A stretch of 64,000 nucleotides of DNA from an uncultured Syntrophomonadaceae bacterium (GTDB taxonomy: Bacteria > Bacillota > Dethiobacteria > DTU022). The position numbers and the translations under genes are program-made. The stretch's first letter is position 1. Each line of letters begins with the position of its first letter. The stretch covers positions 1,256 to 65,255 of the forward strand of contig CAYXKD010000006.1 of the NCBI GenBank assembly GCA_964464625.1, read 5' to 3'. Below, piece by piece: positions 10,352-18,151 of this stretch. The notes under the pieces are model-generated. The model saw nothing but the letters and a program-made list of their open reading frames with translations. It made no database searches and was not told the origin of the DNA.

Positions 10352-10801
10352 GTGCGAGCGGTTGTCCAACGGGTAGAAGAGGCCTGCGTAACGGTGAATG
10401 GAGAGAGTATAGGCAGTATCGGCGCCGGACTGGTTGTTTATCTGGGCGTTGGCCGGGATGACAGCGCCGCCGATTGTGCCTACCTTGCGGAGAAGATAGC
10501 CGGGCTGCGTATCTTTGAAGATGAAAAGGGCCTGATGAACCTTTCCATCAAAGAAAAGGGAGGGGGAGTGCTCTCCATCTCCCAGTTTACTCTTTACGGC
10601 GATTGCAGGAAAGGACGGAGGCCCAGCTTTACTTCTGCCGCCCCCCCGGAAAAGGCAGCCCTGCTCTTTGAAGAATTCTGTGCGCAGCTGGAGCAAAGGG
10701 GTCTCGCCGTTTCAACGGGCAGCTTCGGCGCGATGATGCGCATCGATCAGGTCAACGACGGCCCCGTAACCATCCTCCTGGACAGCCGTAAAACCTTCTA
10801 A
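10352..10801 (+). CDS. dtd: D-aminoacyl-tRNA deacylase
   Basis: (M)RAVVQRV, LRIFED, SQFTL, KGRRPSF, NDGPVT. GTG start at 10352. Confidence 0.96.
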   Translation: MRAVVQRVEEACVTVNGESIGSIGAGLVVYLGVGRDDSAADCAYLAEKIAGLRIFEDEKGLMNLSIKEKGGGVLSISQFTLYGDCRKGRRPSFTSAAPPEKAALLFEEFCAQLEQRGLAVSTGSFGAMMRIDQVNDGPVTILLDSRKTF

Positions 10802-10837
10802 TTAGTAAACTTGGTGCCTGGCACCAAGTTTACTAAT
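10801..10837. repeat. Perfect 17-bp inverted repeat (REP-like or terminator-like)
   Basis: ATTAGTAAACTTGGTGC-CTG-GCACCAAGTTTACTAAT, directly at the dtd stop. Confidence 0.85.
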
Positions 10838-10863
10838 GTTGACAGGTATTGCCAGGTGCTGAA

Positions 10864-10892
10864 TTGACAGCCGCTGATACCCGGTTTAAAAT
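10864..10892 (+). promoter_or_regulatory. sigma-A promoter of the hisS-aspS fusion
   Basis: TTGACA-17 nt-TAAAAT, about 30 nt upstream of the TTG start at 10924. Confidence 0.75.
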
Positions 10893-10923
10893 GAGAATAA
10901 TTTTTGGGGAAGGATGAAGGGAA

Positions 10924-13900
10924 TTGCAGTATAAAGCTCCCCGGGGAACGAGGGATATATTTACAGAAGAGGTGGAGAGGTGGCAATTCCTGGAGGAAAC
11001 ATTCAGGAAGCTATGTTCACTTTACGGATACAGTGAGATTCGCACGCCGCTCTTTGAAGAGACAGGGCTTTTTACCCGCAGCGTTGGTGAAGAGAGCGAT
11101 ATTGTATCCAAAGAGATGTATACATTCGAGGACCGGGGCGGGCGTAGTTTAACTTTGCGCCCCGAGGGGACTGCGCCGGTGACAAGAGCCTATATGGAAC
11201 ATAATTTGAAAGAGGGTCCGCAGCCGGTGAAGATGTACTATGTGGGGCCCATGTTTCGCTATGACCGGCCGCAGGCGGGGCGTTACCGCCAGTTTCACCA
11301 GGTGGGCCTGGAGCTTTTCGGAGCGCCCGGTGCAGCCGCCGATGCCGAAATAGTCCTTATATCCCTTAATTTTTTACAGGCGCTGCACATCGGGGATTTT
11401 GATCTTGAGCTGAACAGCGTGGGCTGTCCCCTGTGCCGGCCTGCCTACCGCGAGGAGCTCCTTGCCTTCCTGCAGCCGCTGGAGGGGGAACTCTGCCCGG
11501 ATTGCCGGCGCAGGTTTGCAGATAACCCGCTGCGCGTTCTTGATTGTAAAGAGGAGCGCTGCCGGGAATCTGTCCGGCAGGCGCCGCAGATAATAGACCG
11601 TTTGTGCCCCGGATGCGATTCCCACTTTAGAGAGCTCCGCGAGATGCTGGATGATCTGCAAGTTCAATACCTGCTCAATCCCCGCCTTGTCCGGGGCCTC
11701 GATTACTACAGCCGTACCGCTTTTGAGCTTGTCCCCCGCAACGGCGGGGCGCAGGGCTCTCTGGGCGGCGGCGGGCGCTATGATTATCTTGTGGAATACT
11801 GCGGAGGTCCGCCTCTACCCGGTGTGGGAGCGGCCCTGGGGGTGGAGCGCCTGCTAGCAGCGGCGGAGAGCGCCGCCGCACCGCCATTTACCCCGGTCAA
11901 AACACCGCTCTATATTGCCTCCGCCGGGGAGGTGCCGGCCGCCGGGACGCTCGTCCTTGCCGAAGAGCTGCGCCGCCGGGGCATAGCAGTGGAGACGGAG
12001 CTGATGGAGCGCAGCCTGAAAGGGCAGATGAAATATGCCGGACGGAGAGGTTTTCAAACCGTGCTCATAGTGGGCTCCCGTGAACTGGCTGCAGGGACCG
12101 TTACCCTGCGCCACATGGACACCGGGGAGCAGGAAGAGGTGAGCCGGGAAAAGATCCCGGAGAAGGTGCTGCCGGCGGGCAATCAGATCGATTCCGCTAC
12201 TGTCTTTACGCCGGAAGAAGAGCCGCCGGGCTGTGGAGAGCTCCGGGCAGCCCATGCCGGCAATGAGGTTTTCCTACAGGGCTGGGTGCAGCGGCGCCGC
12301 GACCACGGAGGGCTTCTTTTTGTCGACCTTCGCGATCGCACCGGCCTGGTCCAGCTTCTTTTCAACAGCGACGGAGACAAAGAGCTTTTTTCCGCTGCTG
12401 AAAGCCTGCGCAGCGAATATGTCATCGCAGTCCGGGGAAAGGTGGTGATGCGGGATCCCTCCAATGTCAACCCCGCCCTGAAAACGGGGGAGATTGAGAT
12501 CGGGATAGACTCGCTGGAAATACTCAATGAGGCTAAAACACCGCCTTTCTATATTGAAGACGGGCTTCATGCCGACGAGAACCTGCGCCTGCGCTACCGC
12601 TATCTAGACTTGCGCCGCCCCGAAAACTACCGGCGCCTGGCGCTGCGCCACCGTGCGGTGAAGTTTATCCGCGACTACCTTGACAGCTGCGGTTTCCTGG
12701 AGATCGAGACGCCGGCGCTTACGCGCAGTACCCCTGAAGGGGCCCGCGACTATCTTGTGCCCAGCCGCACAAACCCCGGCTCTTTTTATGCGCTGCCACA
12801 ATCGCCCCAGCTTTTTAAGCAGCTGCTCATGGCCGGTGGGGTTGAACGCTACTTCCAGATTGCCCGCTGTTTCCGCGATGAAGATCTGCGTGCCGACCGC
12901 CAGCCGGAATTCACCCAGATCGATATTGAGGCTTCATTTCTGGGCCGCGAACGCCTGTTTGGCATTATGGAAGGGATGATGGCCTGTCTGTACAGGGATC
13001 TTCTGGGATGGGAGCTATCCCTCCCATTCCCCAGGCTGCCCTACAGTGAGGCCATAGCCCGTTTTGGCACGGACAAGCCTGATCTGCGCTTCGGGATGGA
13101 GCTTGTTGACTGCAGTGCACCGGCAGGGGAAAGCGATTTCAAAATTTTCCGCGCCGCCCTGGAGGCAGGCGGGGCAGTCAAGGCGCTTCGGGTGCCCGGT
13201 AAAGGGGGCGTCAGCCGCAAAGAGCTGGACGATCTGGTAGCCCTGGCCATTGAATTCGGCGCCCGGGGGCTGGCCTGGCTCATCCGTGATGAAAAGGGCT
13301 GGCGTTCGCCCATCACCAAATTTTTCGGCCCCGGTCTTCTGGATAAGATAGGAGAGCTGACAGGGGCTCTTCCCGGTGACCTGCTCCTTTTTGGCGCCGG
13401 CGATGCCGCGGTATCTTCGGAAATCCTTGGCCGGCTGCGGCTTCACCTCGCCCCGGAAGGGCTTACAAAGGATCCGCATTTTCTCTGGGTGGTCGACTTT
13501 CCTCTCTTTGAATATGATCCTGCGGAGAAGCGCCTTAATCCGGCACACCATCCTTTTACCGCTCCTCTTGAAGAGGACCTTGGCCTTCTGGAAGAAAAAC
13601 CGCTGGCGGTGCGCTCGCAGGCCTATGACCTTGTCCTGAACGGTGTGGAGTTGGGATCGGGAAGCAACCGGATTCACCGCCGCGAAACGCAAATGCGCAT
13701 TTTCAAGATGCTCGGCCTTTCGGAAAGTGAGGTGATGGAGAAATTTTCCTTCCTGCTGGAGGCTTTTGAGTATGGGACACCGCCTCATGGCGGCATTGCT
13801 CTGGGGCTGGACCGGATGGTGGCTCTTTTTACGGGGGACGATTCCATTCGCCAGGTCATCGCTTTTCCCAAGACTGCCTCGGGAAGCTGCCTCCTTACGG

Positions 13901-13989
13901 GTGCTCCTGCCCCGGTGGCGCCGCAGCAGTTGCAGGAGCTGGGCCTTGTCGTCAGATCCGCTTCAAAAGACGGCTCCCCAAATTGCTAA
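10924..13989 (+). CDS. hisS-aspS: Fused histidyl-tRNA synthetase / aspartyl-tRNA synthetase (1021 aa)
   Basis: aa 1-416 are HisRS (LRPEGTA, GPMFRYDRPQAGRYRQFHQ, LVRGLDYY, GGGRYD, GVERL, anticodon domain). aa 417-436 are a linker. aa 437-1021 are AspRS (CGELR, GWVQRRRDHGG, STPEGARDY, QSPQLFKQLLM, FRDEDLRADRQPEFTQID, HHPFT, PPHGGIALGLDR). One uninterrupted frame. Confidence 0.95.
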   Translation: MQYKAPRGTRDIFTEEVERWQFLEETFRKLCSLYGYSEIRTPLFEETGLFTRSVGEESDIVSKEMYTFEDRGGRSLTLRPEGTAPVTRAYMEHNLKEGPQPVKMYYVGPMFRYDRPQAGRYRQFHQVGLELFGAPGAAADAEIVLISLNFLQALHIGDFDLELNSVGCPLCRPAYREELLAFLQPLEGELCPDCRRRFADNPLRVLDCKEERCRESVRQAPQIIDRLCPGCDSHFRELREMLDDLQVQYLLNPRLVRGLDYYSRTAFELVPRNGGAQGSLGGGGRYDYLVEYCGGPPLPGVGAALGVERLLAAAESAAAPPFTPVKTPLYIASAGEVPAAGTLVLAEELRRRGIAVETELMERSLKGQMKYAGRRGFQTVLIVGSRELAAGTVTLRHMDTGEQEEVSREKIPEKVLPAGNQIDSATVFTPEEEPPGCGELRAAHAGNEVFLQGWVQRRRDHGGLLFVDLRDRTGLVQLLFNSDGDKELFSAAESLRSEYVIAVRGKVVMRDPSNVNPALKTGEIEIGIDSLEILNEAKTPPFYIEDGLHADENLRLRYRYLDLRRPENYRRLALRHRAVKFIRDYLDSCGFLEIETPALTRSTPEGARDYLVPSRTNPGSFYALPQSPQLFKQLLMAGGVERYFQIARCFRDEDLRADRQPEFTQIDIEASFLGRERLFGIMEGMMACLYRDLLGWELSLPFPRLPYSEAIARFGTDKPDLRFGMELVDCSAPAGESDFKIFRAALEAGGAVKALRVPGKGGVSRKELDDLVALAIEFGARGLAWLIRDEKGWRSPITKFFGPGLLDKIGELTGALPGDLLLFGAGDAAVSSEILGRLRLHLAPEGLTKDPHFLWVVDFPLFEYDPAEKRLNPAHHPFTAPLEEDLGLLEEKPLAVRSQAYDLVLNGVELGSGSNRIHRRETQMRIFKMLGLSESEVMEKFSFLLEAFEYGTPPHGGIALGLDRMVALFTGDDSIRQVIAFPKTASGSCLLTGAPAPVAPQQLQELGLVVRSASKDGSPNC

Positions 13990-14266
13990 AAGCATTGATG
14001 AGATCGTGCATCATCCCCGAGCCGCGGGATATGAGCAGTCCGGTAAGGATGTAATCGGCAGGGGGGCAGCGGATAAAACCTTCCCCGGCCGGGGCCAGCA
14101 GGCCCCTGTTTGTAAGATAGCAGAGCAGAATTCCCATGGGGAGGGTAATCCAGTGGGCGGGAAGGCGCTGCAGCAGGGGGATGCTCTCTCTAAGAGCTTC
14201 GGTGATGAATTCCACCGCCACCGCCAGGTAAAGCAGGGTTATCAGAGCATTTGTCACCTTCTGCAT
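13952..14266 (-). CDS. Small multi-pass membrane protein, holin-like (hypothetical)
   Basis: 104 aa with 2-3 hydrophobic segments, an EFITE motif and a C-terminal LTGLLISRGSGMMHDL followed by a basic tail. AAAGGAG upstream; the start could be ATG 14266 or GTG 14257. Confidence 0.7.
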   Translation of the reverse strand: MQKVTNALITLLYLAVAVEFITEALRESIPLLQRLPAHWITLPMGILLCYLTNRGLLAPAGEGFIRCPPADYILTGLLISRGSGMMHDLINAFSNLGSRLLKRI

Positions 14267-14309
14267 TCTCCTTTACCCGCATTTCGTCAGGGAATCAAGA
14301 CATTCCATT

Positions 14310-14337
14310 TATCATATGCCCATTGCGAATCGGATGT
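14310..14337 (-). promoter_or_regulatory. Putative sigma-K promoter of the small membrane-protein gene
   Basis: The minus strand reads ACA-16 nt-CATATGATA, matching the AC(A/C)-N16-CATAnnnTA consensus. Confidence 0.55.
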
Positions 14338-14434
14338 CAGGGGATGAAAATCAAAATAAGGAAAAAGCAAGGCGGGCAGACAAAGTAAAGGAAAAGCCAC
14401 GAAAAACAAGGAAGGTTTTCTTCTTTTTTGTTTC

Positions 14435-14463
14435 TTGCTTCTTATTTCTAGTTATGTTATGAT
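14435..14463 (+). promoter_or_regulatory. sigma-A promoter of 6S RNA
   Basis: TTGCTT-17 nt-TATGAT with extended TG, about 10 nt before the 6S 5' end. Confidence 0.65.
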
Positions 14464-14473
14464 TCTAGTGCGC

Positions 14474-14652
14474 AAAGGCCCTGCTGTGTTCGTGTTTACC
14501 GATAAAGTTTTGAGCTAACACATGATTCCAGGGAGCCCGGGCTTTAGCTTGTGGCGTAGCAGCCTCCTCTGAGAGGACCTATAAAGCGGCTAAGAGGGCA
14601 CCCACCTTTAGGGGGAACAGTTCAAAACCCACGGTCCACGGCATAGCGGGGT
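14474..14652 (+). ncRNA. ssrS: 6S RNA
   Basis: Firmicute 6S signature blocks GGGAGCCCG, TGGCGTA..GCCTC, GAGGAC, AAGAGGGCACCCACC, GTTCAAAAC. The ends pair (CCCTGCTGTGTTCGTG with CACGGCATAGCGGGG). Lies downstream of aspS, as in Bacillus. Confidence 0.9.
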
Positions 14653-14682
14653 TTTTTACGCAGCAAAAAGGGAGGTGAAAAT

Positions 14683-16008
14683 ATGCTGTTCAAAGCAACA
14701 GAAATTTTTGATCAGATCCGACGGGGTCTTGGGGAGGGGACTCACCCGGGAGATCTGCTCGAACTGCTCGATCCGCTTGATGATGAAGAGAAAGGTAAAC
14801 TGCTGAAACTTTTATCCGACAGGGAAGCCGCCTTGCTTATCCAGGAGATGGAGCAGTTCGACCAGGTATCCCTTTTCCGGCTTCTGGGCAGTGACCGCGC
14901 CTCGACAATTCTCAGGGAGATGGCTTCCGACGATGCTGTGGACCTTTTGGGAGAACTCCTACCCCATGAGACGGCGGAGCTGCTCGAGCTAGTTGATGAG
15001 GACGGCGATGAATTTAGCGGGCTGCTCAAGTATCCCGAGGAGAGCGCCGGGGGGATCATGACTACTGAATTTATCTCTCTCCCCGCGGAACTTCCTGTTG
15101 AGGAAGCCATTGCCCGTCTGCGTGAGATCGCCCCCGAGGCAGAGACGATCTACTATGTCTTTGTAGTTGATTCTGAGAATAGATTAACGGGTGTTCTTTC
15201 GCTGCGCGATCTCATTGCCGCTCCCGACGGCACCCCGCTGAGAGCGATCATGCGGCGCAATGTGATCAGCGTTAACGCTGCGCTGGATCAGGAGGAGGTG
15301 GCCCGGATTGTATCCAGGTATGATCTCCTTGCCGTCCCGGTGGTTGACGATGAGGATTACCTGTTGGGGATCATCACCGTTGACGATGTCATCGATGTCC
15401 TGGAGCAAGAAGCCACTGAGGATATTTACCGCATGGCCGGGGCCGGTGAAGTAACAGGGATGGATTTCATGGAGGCTCCGGTGCACAGGATTGCCTGGCA
15501 CCGCACTCCCTGGCTGGTGATCTGCCTGCTGGGGGGCCTCTTCTCCGGCAGTATTATCGGTGTTTTCGAGAATACTCTTCAATCGATTCTGGTCCTCGCA
15601 GTTTTTATCCCGGTGATTATGGATATGGGGGGAAATGTAAGTACCCAGTCTTCGACGATTTTTGTCCGGGGAATTGCCACAGGCGAAATCGGGGCCGACG
15701 ATCTCTGGCGCTATTTTACCCGTGAAGTGAGGGTTGGCCTGCTCATGGGGCTGATCTTCGGACTGTTCATAGCTCTTGCCGCCTTTATCTGGCAGGGAAG
15801 CCCGGTGCTCGGTTTTGTAGTGGGGATTTCCATGTTTGCCACAGTGGCCCTGGCCACCCTCATCGGATCGCTGGTGCCCGTAATCTTTCACAAATTAAAC
15901 ATCGATCCCGCCATCACATCGGGTCCCCTGGTGACGACAATTAAGGATATCACCGGCTTGCTCATCTATTTTGGGATGGCCACTCTTTTTCTCGATTATC
16001 TGCGCTGA
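14683..16008 (+). CDS. mgtE: Magnesium transporter MgtE
   Basis: YPEESAGGIMTTEF, tandem CBS domains, GGNVSTQSST, DPAITSGPLVTTIKD. Confidence 0.96.
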   Translation: MLFKATEIFDQIRRGLGEGTHPGDLLELLDPLDDEEKGKLLKLLSDREAALLIQEMEQFDQVSLFRLLGSDRASTILREMASDDAVDLLGELLPHETAELLELVDEDGDEFSGLLKYPEESAGGIMTTEFISLPAELPVEEAIARLREIAPEAETIYYVFVVDSENRLTGVLSLRDLIAAPDGTPLRAIMRRNVISVNAALDQEEVARIVSRYDLLAVPVVDDEDYLLGIITVDDVIDVLEQEATEDIYRMAGAGEVTGMDFMEAPVHRIAWHRTPWLVICLLGGLFSGSIIGVFENTLQSILVLAVFIPVIMDMGGNVSTQSSTIFVRGIATGEIGADDLWRYFTREVRVGLLMGLIFGLFIALAAFIWQGSPVLGFVVGISMFATVALATLIGSLVPVIFHKLNIDPAITSGPLVTTIKDITGLLIYFGMATLFLDYLR

Positions 16009-16221
16009 AATGGCAGCTGGTGACAGGTTGCCGCAGCAAAAGGGGATTGCCATTACAATAGTGCCGCGAAATTTTATAAGCTGTTTTAACAGGAAGAAGC
16101 TTTGCTAAAAATAGCGATTAATGGAGAAATAAAGAAGCCCTTTTAGGGGAGAAAGAACAAGATACGGCAGCATTCCTGAAGATAAAATGTTATTATATGT
16201 CAACACTGTCATTTAGTAGTG

Positions 16222-16253
16222 AAGAGAGGAAAAACTTTTCCTCTCTTTTTTTA
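16222..16253 (+). terminator. Intrinsic terminator-like hairpin between mgtE and mraZ
   Basis: AAGAGAGGAAAA..TTTTCCTCTCTT followed by a T run. Confidence 0.6.
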
Positions 16254-16286
16254 TTTTAAGCCATTTTTAAGAAGGAGTTTTTTAAA

Positions 16287-16333
16287 GTGGAGCGAATTGA
16301 TAATTGAGTGGGGGATAGTGGAGTAAAGTGGAT
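16287..16333 (+). promoter_or_regulatory. MraZ-binding direct repeats (dcw boxes)
   Basis: GTGG at 16308, 16318 and 16328 (10-nt period) and at 16287, just upstream of mraZ. Confidence 0.75.
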
Positions 16334-16343
16334 GGAGGCGCCC

Positions 16344-16775
16344 ATGTTTACCGGAGAGTACCAGCATACTCTTGATGACAAGGGAAGGGTGATCATCCCG
16401 GCCAGACTGCGGGAAGGCCTGGGCGATTCTTTCATGATCACCCGGGGGCTTGACCGCTGCCTTTTTATATATCACTTTGATGCCTGGAGAAAGATCGAGC
16501 AGAAGGTGAAGGAGTTGCCGCTGACCCGCCGCGATGCCCGGGCTTTTACCCGCTACTTTTTTTCGGGCGCTGCCGAGGCGGAAATCGACCGGCAGGGACG
16601 GATATTGATTCCTCAGAATCTGCGTGAATATGCAAGCATTGGGAAAGAGGTCATGATTATCGGTGTCTCTGACCGGGTAGAAGTATGGAGCGAGGAGGCC
16701 TGGAGAGAATATACCAGCGCCGATAATCTCGATTTCGAAGCGGCTGCTGAAACACTGGCAGATTTTGTTTTCTAA
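16344..16775 (+). CDS. mraZ: Transcriptional regulator MraZ
   Basis: [38 protein letters not shown]. Confidence 0.97.
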   Translation: MFTGEYQHTLDDKGRVIIPARLREGLGDSFMITRGLDRCLFIYHFDAWRKIEQKVKELPLTRRDARAFTRYFFSGAAEAEIDRQGRILIPQNLREYASIGKEVMIIGVSDRVEVWSEEAWREYTSADNLDFEAAAETLADFVF

Positions 16776-16787
16776 CGGAGGGTCTGC

Positions 16788-17747
16788 ATGGTGGAAAAGC
16801 ATATTCCCGTCATGGTCGATGAGATGCTTCACTATCTAGACTGCCGGGAAAAAGGGATCTATGTTGATGCCACGCTGGGTGACGGCGGACATGCCGCCGC
16901 CATCTGCAGCAGACTGGAGCATCCGGGGTTGCTTATCGGGCTCGATTGGGACGGTACAGCCCTGGAGCGGGCGGCACGGCGCCTGGCTGCTTTTACCGGT
17001 AAATTTCGGCTGCTGCAGAGAAGCTATACCGAACTGGGGGCTGTCCTGGATGAGCTTGGATGTCAGCGGGTAGATGGTATTTTGGCAGACCTCGGTGTTT
17101 CCACTCTTCAGTTGATGGACCCTTCGCGCGGTTTTTCTTACCGCCAGGAGGAGCATCTGGATATGCGCATGGATCGTCGTATGGATACCGATGCCGCCCA
17201 TCTGGTCAACGGCCTTCCGGAGCATTCACTGGCCAGGCTCATCTTCCGCTACGGCGAAGAGAGATGGGCCCGTAGGATCGCCGCCCGGGTGGTATCTTAC
17301 CGTGAAAGAAGTGGGCCTATCGAAAGCGGCGCAGAGCTGGCTGAAATTGTTAAGAAGGCCATTCCTGCAGCTGCACGGCGAAAAGGAGGCCATCCGGCGA
17401 GGCGTACATTCCAGGCGCTGCGCATTGCTGTGAACAGCGAGCTTGAAAATATCGAAGGTTTTCTCCCCCAGGCTGTATCGCATCTGAATCCGGGGGGGAG
17501 GATCTGCGTCATCGCTTATCATTCCCTGGAGGATCGTATTGTAAAGCGTTTTTTTCGGGAGCGCTCCCATCGCTGCAGCTGTCCTCCCGATTTGCCCTGC
17601 AGCTGCAAGGGAGAGGGAGAACTGCTTCTGCTTACCCGGAAAGCGGTCCGCCCCCGGGAGGAGGAAGTGTCGCTTAACCCCCGCGCCCGCAGCGCTCTGC
17701 TGCGCGCAGCGGAGAGGCGCGTTCTAAAAGAAGAAGAAGGTGCATAA
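16788..17747 (+). CDS. rsmH: 16S rRNA m4C1402 methyltransferase
   Basis: HIPVM, YVDATLGDGGH, DLGVS, LDMRMD, TFQALRIAVN, AYHSLEDRIVK, NPRARSALLR. Confidence 0.97.
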   Translation: MVEKHIPVMVDEMLHYLDCREKGIYVDATLGDGGHAAAICSRLEHPGLLIGLDWDGTALERAARRLAAFTGKFRLLQRSYTELGAVLDELGCQRVDGILADLGVSTLQLMDPSRGFSYRQEEHLDMRMDRRMDTDAAHLVNGLPEHSLARLIFRYGEERWARRIAARVVSYRERSGPIESGAELAEIVKKAIPAAARRKGGHPARRTFQALRIAVNSELENIEGFLPQAVSHLNPGGRICVIAYHSLEDRIVKRFFRERSHRCSCPPDLPCSCKGEGELLLLTRKAVRPREEEVSLNPRARSALLRAAERRVLKEEEGA

Positions 17748-18144
17748 AGTGTTACAGGCCAGAAATACTGCAATCGCCCACAGGCATGCTCCGGAAAGAG
17801 TATACAGACCTGCCGTTAAAGAGGTCCCGGTTAAAGAGCGCAGCCGCTTAGGGGTAAAAAAATTGATTTTTCTTCTGCTGACAGGCTGTTTTCTTTTAGC
17901 CCTGATAATCATTGCCCAGTACTCATCCATGGTCACTTTGCAGTACAGACTGGGCGGGGTTGAAAAGAGGATGGATACCTTGCAGGAGGAATTCCGGCAA
18001 CTGGAACAGGAGGCAGCCCGGCTGAGCTCCCTGGCTCGTATAGAGACGATTGCCCGTTCCGAACTGGGCATGCAGGAACCGGAAAATGGCCAAATCAGGG
18101 TTCTGACAGCCGTCCGGGAAGACGGTTCCACCCGGGGAGAGTGA
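17740..18144 (+). CDS. ftsL: Cell division protein FtsL
   Basis: One TM segment plus coiled coil ending RIETIARSELGM, located between rsmH and the class B PBP. Confidence 0.85.
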   Translation: MHKVLQARNTAIAHRHAPERVYRPAVKEVPVKERSRLGVKKLIFLLLTGCFLLALIIIAQYSSMVTLQYRLGGVEKRMDTLQEEFRQLEQEAARLSSLARIETIARSELGMQEPENGQIRVLTAVREDGSTRGE

Positions 18145-18151
18145 GTGCTGC

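Noticed and set aside
12160-12240. Fusion as a simple stop-loss sequencing error
   Set aside because: No residual ATG or 'RTH' start of aspS is visible at the junction, so one base error cannot explain it. Read-level confirmation is still needed.
13766-14347. 193-aa + strand ORF overlapping the aspS end
   Set aside because: Out-of-frame overlap with aspS and antisense to the better-supported hydrophobic ORF, which has an RBS and a promoter motif.
14653-14682. M-box (ykoK) riboswitch upstream of mgtE
   Set aside because: The upstream RNA matches 6S motifs, and only about 25 nt remain before the ATG.
16009-16200. ncRNA or 32-codon ORF between mgtE and mraZ
   Set aside because: No recognisable RNA motif, no RBS, and no homology evidence available.
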